A stretch of DNA of 64,000 nt from a virus. The stretch spans positions 1 to 64,000 of IMG/VR virus record IMGVR_UViG_3300023172_000011; one strand, given 5' to 3'. Positions 35,845 through 45,656 of the stretch are shown here, piece after piece (positions within the stretch are counted from its first letter, which is position 1; each line of letters opens with the position of its first letter). Below the pieces are notes generated by a model. The model did no database searches. It worked only from the letters and a program-made list of their open reading frames with translations, and was not told where the DNA came from. A program made the position numbers and the translations under genes.

Positions 35845-36118
35845 ATATTTTGAAATTGTTCAACAAATCTTTTCACAAGATGGGTTGACAATCGGGCCTT
35901 TAAGGATACAATGTTCTGGAGCCTTATCGGTACAAATTGAAAGCGTGCAGTCCGGAATCAAAATTATTTTTTCTGGTCACAAGCCAAAAGTAACACTGCA
36001 AAAAATTATAACATTTTCAGTGTCTGTAAATGGCATCCATTTTTCTCAAAATGGCGGCGTTTTAGAACTAGATCATTTTCCGGACCTACCTTTCTCGTAT
36101 AATCAAATATTAAAATAA
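35831..36118 (+). CDS. Hypothetical protein
   Basis: Coupled ORF. Confidence 0.65.
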   Translation: MQPTEYFEIVQQIFSQDGLTIGPLRIQCSGALSVQIESVQSGIKIIFSGHKPKVTLQKIITFSVSVNGIHFSQNGGVLELDHFPDLPFSYNQILK

Positions 36119-36134
36119 ATACAATTGACATATA

Positions 36135-36169
36135 TGCCAGCAGCAATAAAAAACTGCTGGTATTTTTTT
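36135..36169 (+). terminator. Intrinsic terminator
   Basis: TGCCAGCAG/CTGCTGGTA stem followed by a T-run. Confidence 0.6.
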
Positions 36170-36190
36170 CCACTTTGAAGGACGTTGAAT

Positions 36191-38416
36191 ATGCAAGTAG
36201 TTAAAAGAAATGGTGAATCTGAGGATTATAACGTTGAAAAAATTCACCAAGTGTTAGAATGGGCAACTGAGGGAATTAACGGTGTATCGTTTTCTGACAT
36301 TGAAATGAATGCGGGTCTCTCAATTTATGATGGAATTACTACACAGGAAATTCATCAAACTCTGATCAAATCAGCAAATGATTTAATATCAGAACAATCT
36401 CCAAACTATCAGTATGTCGCATCAAGACTACTTAATATGAACCTGAGAAAAGAAGTTTGGGGTTCTAACAATCCTCCCAACTTTCTGCATTTTATTCAGG
36501 TAAGAGTCGATAACGCTATTTATGATCCAGATATCTTAGATAAATGGTCAGAAGATGATGTAAATAAGATCTCTTCCTACATCAATCATAAACGCGATGA
36601 TCTGTATACTTATTCTGGCCTACAGCAGATGGTGGATAAGTACCTTGTTAAGAATCGTGCAACTGGTGAGATTCATGAGACGCCACAATTTGCATATATG
36701 CTGATTGCCATGTGCCTATTTGACAACTTAAAAGATGTTAAAGAAGCATATGATGCTTACTCTACTTTTAAGGTAAACTTGCCAACTCCTATTATGGCAG
36801 GAGTACGCACTACGATTCGCCAGTTCGCTTCCTGCGTGCTTGTAGATGTTGGTGATGATCTTGATAGCATCTTTGCCTCCGTCCACGCAGTTGGACGCTA
36901 TACCGCACGTAGGGCTGGTATTGGCCTTAACTTTGGTCGTCTACGTCCAATCAACTCACCAATTCGTGGTGGAGAAGTGATTCACACGGGCCTAATCCCT
37001 TATCTGAAAACTTTTGAGTCTACCGTTAAGTCTACTTCGCAAAATGGTATTCGCGGAGGAAGTGCTACAGTTCATATTCCGTTCTGGCATTATGAAATTG
37101 AAGACATTCTTGTTCTCAAGAATAATGCTGGCACTGACGATAATCGGGTTAGAAAGCTGGACTATTCTGTTCAGTTTAATAAACTTTTCTATGAACGACT
37201 AATTAATGGTGAAGATATTACGCTGTTTAGTCCAAACGAAGCTAGGGGTCTATACGACGCTTTTGCGGATAATGAAAAGTTTGAAGAACTTTATGCAAAA
37301 TATGAGCGGTCACGCAGTATTACCTTCAAAAAGAAAATTCCTGCAAAAAAGTTAGCAGAGATTTATGCTCGCGAACGTCTGGAAACAGGACGTATCTATA
37401 GCATGAATATTGATAATGCGAATACACATGGCTCATGGGATGTTCCTGTGTATATGTCTAATCTATGTCAGGAAATCATCCATCCTACTAAGCCGGTTAG
37501 CGATATTGAAGACTCAGAGGCTGAGATTGGTATTTGTATGCTATCTGCCATTAATCTTTTAGAGGTAAATACTGATGAAGATATTCAAACAGCCTGTGCA
37601 GTAGCGATTAGATCTCTTGATTCGGTCATTGACTATCAAGACTATCCAGTTGCTGCTGGTGAAAACTTCACTAAAAATAGAAGATCTTTAGGAATTGGAA
37701 TTACAAATCTTGCCGGATTTTTGGCTAAGCACAAAGTATTCTACCATGATAATGCGGCACTTCATCTTGTTCATGAGATAATGGAGAAAATCCAGTGGCA
37801 TTTACTAAACGAATCTTGTAAACTTGCCGAAGAAAAGGGTACATGTCCAAAGTTTGGTGAAACAAAATATGCTCAAGGATTTCTTCCAATTGATTGGTAT
37901 AAAAAAACTGTTGACAAACTTGTAAACCCTACTTACAATATGGATTGGGAGTATTTACGTGACCAGATCAAGAAACATGGTCTTAGGCATTCTACTGTCT
38001 CTGCTGTTATGCCTTGTGAATCTAGCAGTGTTATCCAGAACAGTACAAACGGAATTGAGCCAGTAAGAAGTCTATTATCATATAAAAAAGCAAAGAATGG
38101 TGTTTTAAAACAGGTTGTTCCAAACTACGCACATCGTAAGAACTATTACAGTCGTGCTTGGTCTATGCCAGATAATCAAGGCATGATTAATATTGCCGCA
38201 GTTATTCAGAAATTTGTTGACATGAGTATTAGTCTTAACCTATACTATAATTATGCGAATTACCCAGAAGGTAATATTCCTTTAAGCGTGTTGATCAAAG
38301 ATCAAGTTTATTCTTATAAGATGGGAATTAAAAACCTGTATTATTGCAATACACCTGATGGAGATGGTGAAACAGAAAAAGAAACAAATTGTGAATCAGG
38401 AGCGTGTGCGATATGA
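36191..38416 (+). CDS. nrdA: Ribonucleotide reductase class Ia alpha subunit with ATP cone
   Basis: VVKRNG ATP cone, PTPIMAG, QFASC, SNLCQEI, NSTNGIEP, C-terminal CESGACAI. Confidence 0.96.
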   Translation: MQVVKRNGESEDYNVEKIHQVLEWATEGINGVSFSDIEMNAGLSIYDGITTQEIHQTLIKSANDLISEQSPNYQYVASRLLNMNLRKEVWGSNNPPNFLHFIQVRVDNAIYDPDILDKWSEDDVNKISSYINHKRDDLYTYSGLQQMVDKYLVKNRATGEIHETPQFAYMLIAMCLFDNLKDVKEAYDAYSTFKVNLPTPIMAGVRTTIRQFASCVLVDVGDDLDSIFASVHAVGRYTARRAGIGLNFGRLRPINSPIRGGEVIHTGLIPYLKTFESTVKSTSQNGIRGGSATVHIPFWHYEIEDILVLKNNAGTDDNRVRKLDYSVQFNKLFYERLINGEDITLFSPNEARGLYDAFADNEKFEELYAKYERSRSITFKKKIPAKKLAEIYARERLETGRIYSMNIDNANTHGSWDVPVYMSNLCQEIIHPTKPVSDIEDSEAEIGICMLSAINLLEVNTDEDIQTACAVAIRSLDSVIDYQDYPVAAGENFTKNRRSLGIGITNLAGFLAKHKVFYHDNAALHLVHEIMEKIQWHLLNESCKLAEEKGTCPKFGETKYAQGFLPIDWYKKTVDKLVNPTYNMDWEYLRDQIKKHGLRHSTVSAVMPCESSSVIQNSTNGIEPVRSLLSYKKAKNGVLKQVVPNYAHRKNYYSRAWSMPDNQGMINIAAVIQKFVDMSISLNLYYNYANYPEGNIPLSVLIKDQVYSYKMGIKNLYYCNTPDGDGETEKETNCESGACAI

Positions 38417-39492
38417 AAACGATTTTAAACAAGAAGAATGTCGATTACAGTAACCAGCCTTTGTTTCTTGGCGAAGATCTAGCTCTACAGAGATACGATA
38501 AATTTAAATATCCTGTATTCTTTGATCTCTTTAAAAAGCAGATGGAGTTCTTTTGGAGACCAGAAGAAATTGAATTAAAGAAAGATCGCAACGATTTCAA
38601 GGATGATAATATCATGTCCGAGAATGAGCGGTTTATCTTTACAAGCAATCTTAAATATCAGACTATGATGGATAGTGTTATTTGTCGAGGGGTTCCTACA
38701 CTTCTTGAATATGTATCAAGTCCAGAACTTGAAGCATGTATGAAGACTTGGGAATTCTTTGAGCAAATCCATAGTTATAGCTATACTTACATTATTAAGA
38801 ATGTTTATAACGATCCGTCTGAAGTTCTTGATAGCTGTCTAACTGATAAGGAAATCCTTAAAAGAGCAGACGTTGCTATTAAAGAATATGACGCATTGAG
38901 CAATCTCACAAAGAAAGGATCTACTAAAGATCTAAAGAAACAGATTTATCTTACACTTGTTAGTATCAATATTCTTGAAGCTGTAAGATTTTATGTTAGC
39001 TTTATCTGTGCATTTGCATTTGCTGAAAATAAGAAGATGATTGGCAATGCTGATATTGTTAAATTGATTAAAAGAGACGAGGCATTGCATCTTTACAATA
39101 CTCAAGAGATCCTAAAAATTCTACATAGCGTGGAAGATGAAGGGTTTATTAAAACTGCTAAGGAATGTGAAGAATTGGCCTGCGGGATGTTTGACTCTGC
39201 CGCACGAGAAGAAAAAGAATGGGCCTCTTATCTATTTAAAGATGGATCTATTATTGGGCTTAACGAAACCGTTATGCATCAGTATATCGACTGGCTATGT
39301 CAATCTCGACGCAAGGTAATTGGGCTACCATATGAGACTGGATTAAAGAATCCTATTTCTGGATGGACAGAGCCTTGGCTTAACAGTGAGGCTGTTCAGG
39401 TCGCACCACAAGAGCATGAGATTACATCCTACAAGATTGGTGCAAGTAAGAATGATTTAGACGATATGGATTTTGGAGATTTGGGACTATGA
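38413..39492 (+). CDS. nrdB: Ribonucleotide reductase class Ia beta subunit
   Basis: FFWRPEE, EQIHSYSY, LEAVRFYVSF, RDEALH, VAPQE.EI.SY. Confidence 0.96.
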   Translation: MKTILNKKNVDYSNQPLFLGEDLALQRYDKFKYPVFFDLFKKQMEFFWRPEEIELKKDRNDFKDDNIMSENERFIFTSNLKYQTMMDSVICRGVPTLLEYVSSPELEACMKTWEFFEQIHSYSYTYIIKNVYNDPSEVLDSCLTDKEILKRADVAIKEYDALSNLTKKGSTKDLKKQIYLTLVSINILEAVRFYVSFICAFAFAENKKMIGNADIVKLIKRDEALHLYNTQEILKILHSVEDEGFIKTAKECEELACGMFDSAAREEKEWASYLFKDGSIIGLNETVMHQYIDWLCQSRRKVIGLPYETGLKNPISGWTEPWLNSEAVQVAPQEHEITSYKIGASKNDLDDMDFGDLGL

Positions 39493-39902
39493 CAGACGAG
39501 TATATTCATGTAACAGGATATGTTGATGATTCACCTATTGAGTTTTCAAAAACAGAAGGACTTAAAATGAGACAAGCCAGCGAGAAAGAATTGTTGTATA
39601 ATACAGTATGCGATTTGGTAGACGATATTGTTCAATGGCATTATGATAGAAACTTAATTGATGGAAGTTCTGATAAAGATCAAACACTAAAGCTGCTACA
39701 AGAACTTGGCGAACTTTCTGATAGTGTATGTAAGGGTAAAGATGTCCGTGATGATTTAGGTGATATGATGGTTGTTATGCTAAATATTATGGAGCGTAAC
39801 AAAATTACTCTCGCACAATGTTTAGAAACAGCATATAATGATATAAAGGACCGTAAGGGTAGGATGGTAGATGGTGTTTTTGTTAAAGAACAAGATTTAT
39901 GA
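39489..39902 (+). CDS. MazG-like NTP pyrophosphohydrolase
   Basis: Q.LKL.QELGEL, DDLGD, AYNDIKDRKG.MVDGVFVK. Confidence 0.88.
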   Translation: MTDEYIHVTGYVDDSPIEFSKTEGLKMRQASEKELLYNTVCDLVDDIVQWHYDRNLIDGSSDKDQTLKLLQELGELSDSVCKGKDVRDDLGDMMVVMLNIMERNKITLAQCLETAYNDIKDRKGRMVDGVFVKEQDL

Positions 39903-39911
39903 GGTTAAACT

Positions 39912-41111
39912 ATGCCAATTCCACAAAGAAAACCTGATGAAGACAGAACTGATTTTTTGTCCAGATGTATGTCTAATCCAAAAATGAACGAAGAATATCC
40001 AGACGCTTCACAAAGGTATGCCGTTTGTCAACAGTCATCTAAGGCGTCTACTGCTGATCAAGTAAAAGATAACTATTACGATCAAACATTTGGTTCAACA
40101 GAAATCATCACTGATGAATCAAAGATGTATATTCCAGCGGAAGACGAATATTTAGACTTTGGAGAAGAGTCTGAAGATTATTCGATTGCTGTACAGTATG
40201 GCAAACCTCCAAAGAATGATCCAAGAAAAACTCCAGCACCTAAAAAAGATCGAAAGAAGGGTTCCAAAAAGAATAAGCCAGATAGTGCTAAAGATGATAA
40301 GGGTAAAATTACACTAAGCAAAGAAACAATATCTAAACTACAGAGCAAAGTTTCTGAACATAATGCCAAAGTTTCTGAAAAAGGAAAGGGCAGCAAAGCA
40401 ACCCTTGGTCAGCTTAAAGCTGTGTATCGTCGTGGTGCCGGTGCTTTCTCCACAAGTCATCACCCAAATATGTCAAGGGATGGATGGGCTATGGCAAGAG
40501 TTAATGCCTTTCTTTATTTAATGAGAAATGGTAGACCAAGTAATCCTAATTACAAACAAGACAATGATCTTTTGCCAAAGTCGCATCCAAAAAGCACCAA
40601 GGCTGAATATGAAGAAGGGTCAATGCAAGTTGCACAAATTATGAAAATGCACATGCAGCTTATGGAATTAGTAGAAATGCTAGAAACTAAGCCTGTGGCA
40701 TTTGAAGAATGGACTAAGGATAAGATCTCTAAAGCTGAGCATTTTATTGAGGCTATTTTTGATTCAGTTATGTATGCTTCTTTGGATGAAGATAACGATA
40801 ATGATGAAGAAGAAGACGATGTTGAATCATTAATGGCGGAAAAAAAGAAGAAGAATGTTAAACTCAATAAGCCCTTTAGAACTCCAAAGGGTCCAAAGAA
40901 GTTTAGCGTTTATGTTAAAAATGATAAGGGTAATATCGTAAAGGTGAATTTTGGCGATCCAAACATGGATATTAAACGCGATGATCCTCAGAGGCGTAAG
41001 AATTTCCGTGCCCGTCATCAATGCGATACTAATCCCGGTCCTAAATGGAAGGCAAGATATTGGAGTTGTAGATTCTGGGAAGCTAAGAAAAGTGTTACAG
41101 ATTTAACATAA
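39912..41111 (+). CDS. Multidomain basic hypothetical phage protein
   Basis: Modules: P..DE....F.SRCM..QRYAVC; VYRRGAGAFSTSHHP...WAMARVNAF; KKFSVYV..VNFGD..RRKNFRARH.C..ARYWSC. Confidence 0.75.
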   Translation: MPIPQRKPDEDRTDFLSRCMSNPKMNEEYPDASQRYAVCQQSSKASTADQVKDNYYDQTFGSTEIITDESKMYIPAEDEYLDFGEESEDYSIAVQYGKPPKNDPRKTPAPKKDRKKGSKKNKPDSAKDDKGKITLSKETISKLQSKVSEHNAKVSEKGKGSKATLGQLKAVYRRGAGAFSTSHHPNMSRDGWAMARVNAFLYLMRNGRPSNPNYKQDNDLLPKSHPKSTKAEYEEGSMQVAQIMKMHMQLMELVEMLETKPVAFEEWTKDKISKAEHFIEAIFDSVMYASLDEDNDNDEEEDDVESLMAEKKKKNVKLNKPFRTPKGPKKFSVYVKNDKGNIVKVNFGDPNMDIKRDDPQRRKNFRARHQCDTNPGPKWKARYWSCRFWEAKKSVTDLT

Positions 41112-41122
41112 GAAGCTAATAC

Positions 41123-41830
41123 ATGAGAAAAAAAAGAACAAGAAGACCAGTCAATAAACCAGATTTTAGACCAGTAAATAAAAGGAAAGATAAACAGTCA
41201 AGAACGGCGGTTAAATCCGTTACTGCTAAAACAGACAATCATCATAATTATATTATGTCGATTATTAATAATCCAATCACAATTTGTGTTGGACCTGCTG
41301 GTTCTGGGAAATCTTATATTAGTGCTGGGATGTTTGCCAATTTTTTGCATGAAGGAAGTTACGACAAAATTATTGCAACTCGTCCATTAGTATGCTCCGG
41401 AAAAGAATTAGGATCACTTCCCGGAGAGATGAATGAAAAGATTGCACCTTACCTAAAGCCTATTGAGGAAAATATTAAGAATTTTCTTGGTCAGGCTAAC
41501 TATGGCCTCCACTATAATGACGGCAAGATTCGTTATGAACCGCTTGAAGTCATGAGAGGTGCAACCTTTGATTATTGTTGCATGATTTTGGACGAAGCAC
41601 AAAACTGCACCTTGGATCAATTAAAAATGTTTATCACTCGCATGGGCAAGAATTCCAAGGTTATTATCAATGGGGATATCAATCAAACCGATTTAAGATC
41701 TCGTAGCGGGCTTGAAACTTTAATAAGAAAAGTTGGAAATATTGAAGGGGTTGGAGTTTGTTATCTAACCTATGATGACATTCAAAGAAATGGAATTATT
41801 GGGGAAATCCTGAGAGCATTGGAGGAATAA
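41123..41830 (+). CDS. phoH: PhoH-like ATPase
   Basis: GPAGSGKS, LGSLPG, MRGATF, ILDEAQN, TRMG, GDINQTD. Confidence 0.93.
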   Translation: MRKKRTRRPVNKPDFRPVNKRKDKQSRTAVKSVTAKTDNHHNYIMSIINNPITICVGPAGSGKSYISAGMFANFLHEGSYDKIIATRPLVCSGKELGSLPGEMNEKIAPYLKPIEENIKNFLGQANYGLHYNDGKIRYEPLEVMRGATFDYCCMILDEAQNCTLDQLKMFITRMGKNSKVIINGDINQTDLRSRSGLETLIRKVGNIEGVGVCYLTYDDIQRNGIIGEILRALEE

Positions 41831-42171
41831 TGCCAACATATGACTATTTATGCTCAAATTGTGAAACCGAGCTAAAAGATGTATACCAAAGCATAACCGA
41901 AAAGGCTATAATATATTGTATCAGTTGCGGAAATGATACGCTTGAAAGAGTGATTCATCCCCCAATGGTATTTGTTCGTCAAGAGGCAACTACGATTGGT
42001 CAGCTATCTGAGCGTAACGCTAAAAGGCTTGGACAGTCAGAAGTTCAAGAGCGAACACTGCAAGATAAAGATTCTAAAAAATCTGCACTAAAAGAAGCAA
42101 AGAAAGAAATAAACTCTCAAATCAATAAAATGAATTCGGAGCAAAAACGTCGTTTCATAGAGGGCGGATAA
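41830..42171 (+). CDS. FmdB-like zinc-ribbon protein
   Basis: MPTYDYLCSNC...CISCG. Confidence 0.8.
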   Translation: MPTYDYLCSNCETELKDVYQSITEKAIIYCISCGNDTLERVIHPPMVFVRQEATTIGQLSERNAKRLGQSEVQERTLQDKDSKKSALKEAKKEINSQINKMNSEQKRRFIEGG

Positions 42172-42434
42172 TGGAAGAATACAAAAGTGTAATTATGATA
42201 GTTCCATACATTGGAACCGTCACTAATGGAAATACCTTGCTACAGCCTTTGGGTAAAGAAGAAGTAGATTTTATCGGCTATGATTTATGTCGTAAATTTC
42301 AAATTGAAGAAAAACATGAGTCATACATTGATTGCATAAAATCTCTTAAAGAACGATTAGAACTTATTTTAAAAACCGATTTATTAATGGAGGATATAAA
42401 TGCCGACCAAAAAAACCAAAAGAAGAACGAATAG
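42171..42434 (+). CDS. Hypothetical protein
   Basis: Coupled ORF. Confidence 0.6.
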   Translation: MEEYKSVIMIVPYIGTVTNGNTLLQPLGKEEVDFIGYDLCRKFQIEEKHESYIDCIKSLKERLELILKTDLLMEDINADQKNQKKNE

Positions 42435-42768
42435 ACAACCTAAAGCACAAGAAAATGTCGAAGCCAAAGCAACTACTGACGAACTTTCTAAAGTTCAAAA
42501 ATTTTACATTGAAAGCAAATGCTCCAGTATGACTTTATCTGATGTTTCTTCTGATTTAGGACTTGACAAATCTGTAGTTTCATCGTACTATGATGAATGC
42601 AAAAACAAAGCTACTAATGATTTCACAGTTGATAAACTTATGAATATCAATTCTAAGCGTGGATACGCAGTAATGAGTAAAGAGGCTTCGGAGAAAGGTG
42701 ATGCATCAAAAAAACGAGCAGCAAAAAAAGACACAAATCACATCCACAAAATCCGAGCAGATAAGTAA
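42400..42768 (+). CDS. Hypothetical protein, possible HTH
   Basis: MTLSDVSSDLGLDKSVVSSY resembles an HTH. Confidence 0.65.
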   Translation: MPTKKTKRRTNRQPKAQENVEAKATTDELSKVQKFYIESKCSSMTLSDVSSDLGLDKSVVSSYYDECKNKATNDFTVDKLMNINSKRGYAVMSKEASEKGDASKKRAAKKDTNHIHKIRADK

Positions 42769-43198
42769 GCAGCGAGTTGCTCAATGCACGGAAAAGACTC
42801 CTTATAAATCTATGCATAAGGCTGGCTATGTAACGCCCGGAAATTACATTGCGGAGTTGATATTCCAGAAAAGAAATGAGTATTTCAATTCTGGCAAAAA
42901 CGCAGAGAGTTTCTGGCTGCAAGGAAATAAGTTGCATGGTGCTTATAAGGGCGAAGTTATTGCGGCAAACAAACTACTGAAAGACTATCACGCCGACTCA
43001 GTAATAAAAGCAATAAAATCACCACAGGCTAAGTTTATATTGAAGTTATCCAAAAAAGAAAATAGGGATAAGCTAATTCCTATAATCGAAAAGTTTGAGA
43101 AAGAGCGTAAAGAAACAGAGATAGTAATTTCTGAAAATAATAAGACTGAAGTATCGAAACCGTTTGGGTATGGCAGAAATATATTGAAAGGCTTGTAA
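42698..43198 (+). CDS. Hypothetical protein
   Basis: 166-aa ORF directly upstream of recA; start uncertain. Confidence 0.65.
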   Translation: MMHQKNEQQKKTQITSTKSEQISKQRVAQCTEKTPYKSMHKAGYVTPGNYIAELIFQKRNEYFNSGKNAESFWLQGNKLHGAYKGEVIAANKLLKDYHADSVIKAIKSPQAKFILKLSKKENRDKLIPIIEKFEKERKETEIVISENNKTEVSKPFGYGRNILKGL

Positions 43199-43201
43199 TA
43201 A

Positions 43202-44245
43202 ATGGCAGACGATAAGAAAAAAAAGAAAGTGGATTTGAGCAACGACAAGGCTATTCAAAGAGCCTTCGGTAAAGTCGTATCTAAAGGATCAGAGCTAATT
43301 CAAAGCATGGCAGATCTAAAGTGCATCACCGTAAGTCCAAAACTTGATCTAGCTCTTAATGGAGGAATTAGAGAGGCGTCTTGGAATATTATTTCTGGAG
43401 ATCCCAAAACTGGAAAGAGCACAACATGTTTGCAGATTTGTAAAAATGCTCAAGATGATAATCGTCCAGTAATCTATGTTGATGGCGAAAGTCGATTAAA
43501 GGCTTATAATCTCTCTGGTACAGAAGGTTTAGATTTAAACAAAATACAAATTGTTCATAGTCCAGAAGATGGAGAGTCTCTATCCGCTGAAGACTTCTTA
43601 AATATTGCTGAAGAACTAATAAAGCGTCCTGAAAATAAAGGTGCTGTATGCGTGATTGACTCATGTTCTTCTTTAGTGCCAAGGTCAGAACTTGAAGAGA
43701 GTGCATCTGGTTCACTTCGTGCAACCCTTCCAAAACTATTGTCGCATTGGGTAAAAAAGACTTCGCAAACAGTAGTAAAAAACAAAATTATCGTATTGAT
43801 TATTACGCATTATATTACAAACACATCTGGATACGGTAAAGTCAAAATTCCAGACTGCGGTGTAATGATTCAGTATCAGGCTGATACTAGAATTGATATT
43901 GCAAAGATAGAACCATGGGAAGAAAATGGTAAAAAGATTGGACAGCTTGTTCATTGGAAAGTAGCATGTTCTTCTATGGGTGCATCTGGAACAGAATGTG
44001 TTAGCCATATTAGATATGGCAAAGGTATTGACAAAGAAAAAGAAATGATAGATCTAGCAGAATCATTTGGCATCATAGACAAGGCCGGGGCTTGGTATTC
44101 AATTCCATTCTTGGAGGGCAGCGAAGAATTTAAAGAGCCTCCTAAGTTTCAAGGACAGGCAAAGATTTATGAATTCCTTGTAGAGCGACAGGATATTTTT
44201 GATCAAGTAAAGGCACAGGTTAATGGTATGCTAAAGGATGTTTAG
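43202..44245 (+). CDS. recA: RecA/UvsX-like recombinase
   Basis: LDLALNGG, GDPKTGKST Walker A, YVDGE, VIDS, YGKGID, AGAWY, QG. Confidence 0.9.
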   Translation: MADDKKKKKVDLSNDKAIQRAFGKVVSKGSELIQSMADLKCITVSPKLDLALNGGIREASWNIISGDPKTGKSTTCLQICKNAQDDNRPVIYVDGESRLKAYNLSGTEGLDLNKIQIVHSPEDGESLSAEDFLNIAEELIKRPENKGAVCVIDSCSSLVPRSELEESASGSLRATLPKLLSHWVKKTSQTVVKNKIIVLIITHYITNTSGYGKVKIPDCGVMIQYQADTRIDIAKIEPWEENGKKIGQLVHWKVACSSMGASGTECVSHIRYGKGIDKEKEMIDLAESFGIIDKAGAWYSIPFLEGSEEFKEPPKFQGQAKIYEFLVERQDIFDQVKAQVNGMLKDV

Positions 44246-44663
44246 AGTTACTGGATTAGATGGAAAAGAACATAAGTTTAATTATGCTAAAAATAAGTCT
44301 AGGAACTTCAGATCCAAAAAATCATCATACCATAAACAAGCTAGAGAGTTAATTAAAGAGAATTGGCCTACCTACTCTTTATATGAAGAAGTCACTCTGC
44401 CCGGATCTAAACGTCTTGGCAGAGGCTCTTTATTATATGCCGACTTTTTCTTGCCTGAATTAATGCTTGTGATCGAAGTTCATGGTCAGCAGCACTATGA
44501 ATATTCTCCGTTTTTTCACAAAAATAAAATGGATTTTGTGCTTGCAAAACAGAGAGATTCCGATAAAATAGAGTGGTGTCGGTTGAACGAAATCAAAATT
44601 GTCACATTGCCATACAATGAGAGGTCAGAATGGAAGAACTTGATTCAACAGTCTCTGGAATAG
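44238..44663 (+). CDS. DUF559/Vsr-like endonuclease
   Basis: ADFFLP...IEVHGQQHY...RDSDKIEWC. Confidence 0.78.
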   Translation: MFRVTGLDGKEHKFNYAKNKSRNFRSKKSSYHKQARELIKENWPTYSLYEEVTLPGSKRLGRGSLLYADFFLPELMLVIEVHGQQHYEYSPFFHKNKMDFVLAKQRDSDKIEWCRLNEIKIVTLPYNERSEWKNLIQQSLE

Positions 44664-45118
44664 ATGGACTGGACAAATTTACAGAATGGATTGATAACTT
44701 TTGTGCGGCTAATAATATTGTAGAGTACAAAGATAGTGATGAATATTCGCACATATTACATCTTCCGCCAGAAGAAATAATCAGTTTAACATCTGATGAA
44801 TGTTTTACAAATGCAATTACCCTGATGAATTATGGCGGTCTTCTTCAAAAGAAGCTAGATTTAATAAGTAGTCAGTATACTTGGTGTGTTGAAGCATTGA
44901 ACTATTTGTTTGCTAAACAATGGTCAAACTATGACAAATTTCTACCAGCAGAAATAAAAAAGCAATCTATAATTTCTGAGAATACTTACGCACAATCTAT
45001 TGAAAAGTCGCGTTTAAGACTGTATGCTGGTATTCAGATGTTGTCAGAAACCTGTCGTGATATAAAGAAGAGGGTTTCACTTTTTCAAGATTTAGGAAAA
45101 GCTAGGAGTTTTAAATGA
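44630..45118 (+). CDS. Hypothetical helical protein (possible recombination mediator)
   Basis: Coiled-coil ORF near recA; function is inferred. Confidence 0.6.
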   Translation: MEELDSTVSGIDGLDKFTEWIDNFCAANNIVEYKDSDEYSHILHLPPEEIISLTSDECFTNAITLMNYGGLLQKKLDLISSQYTWCVEALNYLFAKQWSNYDKFLPAEIKKQSIISENTYAQSIEKSRLRLYAGIQMLSETCRDIKKRVSLFQDLGKARSFK

Positions 45119-45654
45119 CGTTAACAGATTTAGTTGATAAAGTGCGGGAATTGCTCTATGATGGCATCATTGACAGTAATTGGGAATGTATATCAGAAGC
45201 ATATCAAATGATTTCCGGAGAAAAAGTAGATATTCCAGAGCCAGAACCTGTGGATGAATTATCCGCCAGTCTTAAAAATATGATGGAAAGACTTGAAAAG
45301 TTAGAGAAGCAAGATCCTCCCAAAAAGAACAGAAGGAACGGTAGATCTAAAACCAAAAAGTCAGAACCTAAAGTAGATGAAAATTTCTCAATAAAATCAT
45401 CCAAGCCAAAACGGTCGGTAAAGTCTTCTGGTCAAAATAAGTTTGAGTCAATGGCTGGAGTTTTAGAAGAGGCTGAGCAGGAAAGAGGCTTCAACAGTAT
45501 TGATGACTCTAACTCTCCTAGAGTAGAAAGAAAGCGTAGAGAATATCAAACTAAAAGTGTTACATGCTCACAATGCAATAAATCCTTTGATGTCAATCCA
45601 ATGTTTGCTAGAGAAAATTACATTTGCGACAAATGTATTTCGCGGAGAATTTGA
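45115..45654 (+). CDS. Hypothetical protein with C-terminal zinc finger
   Basis: CSQC...CDKC. Confidence 0.7.
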   Translation: MTLTDLVDKVRELLYDGIIDSNWECISEAYQMISGEKVDIPEPEPVDELSASLKNMMERLEKLEKQDPPKKNRRNGRSKTKKSEPKVDENFSIKSSKPKRSVKSSGQNKFESMAGVLEEAEQERGFNSIDDSNSPRVERKRREYQTKSVTCSQCNKSFDVNPMFARENYICDKCISRRI

Positions 45655-45656
45655 TA

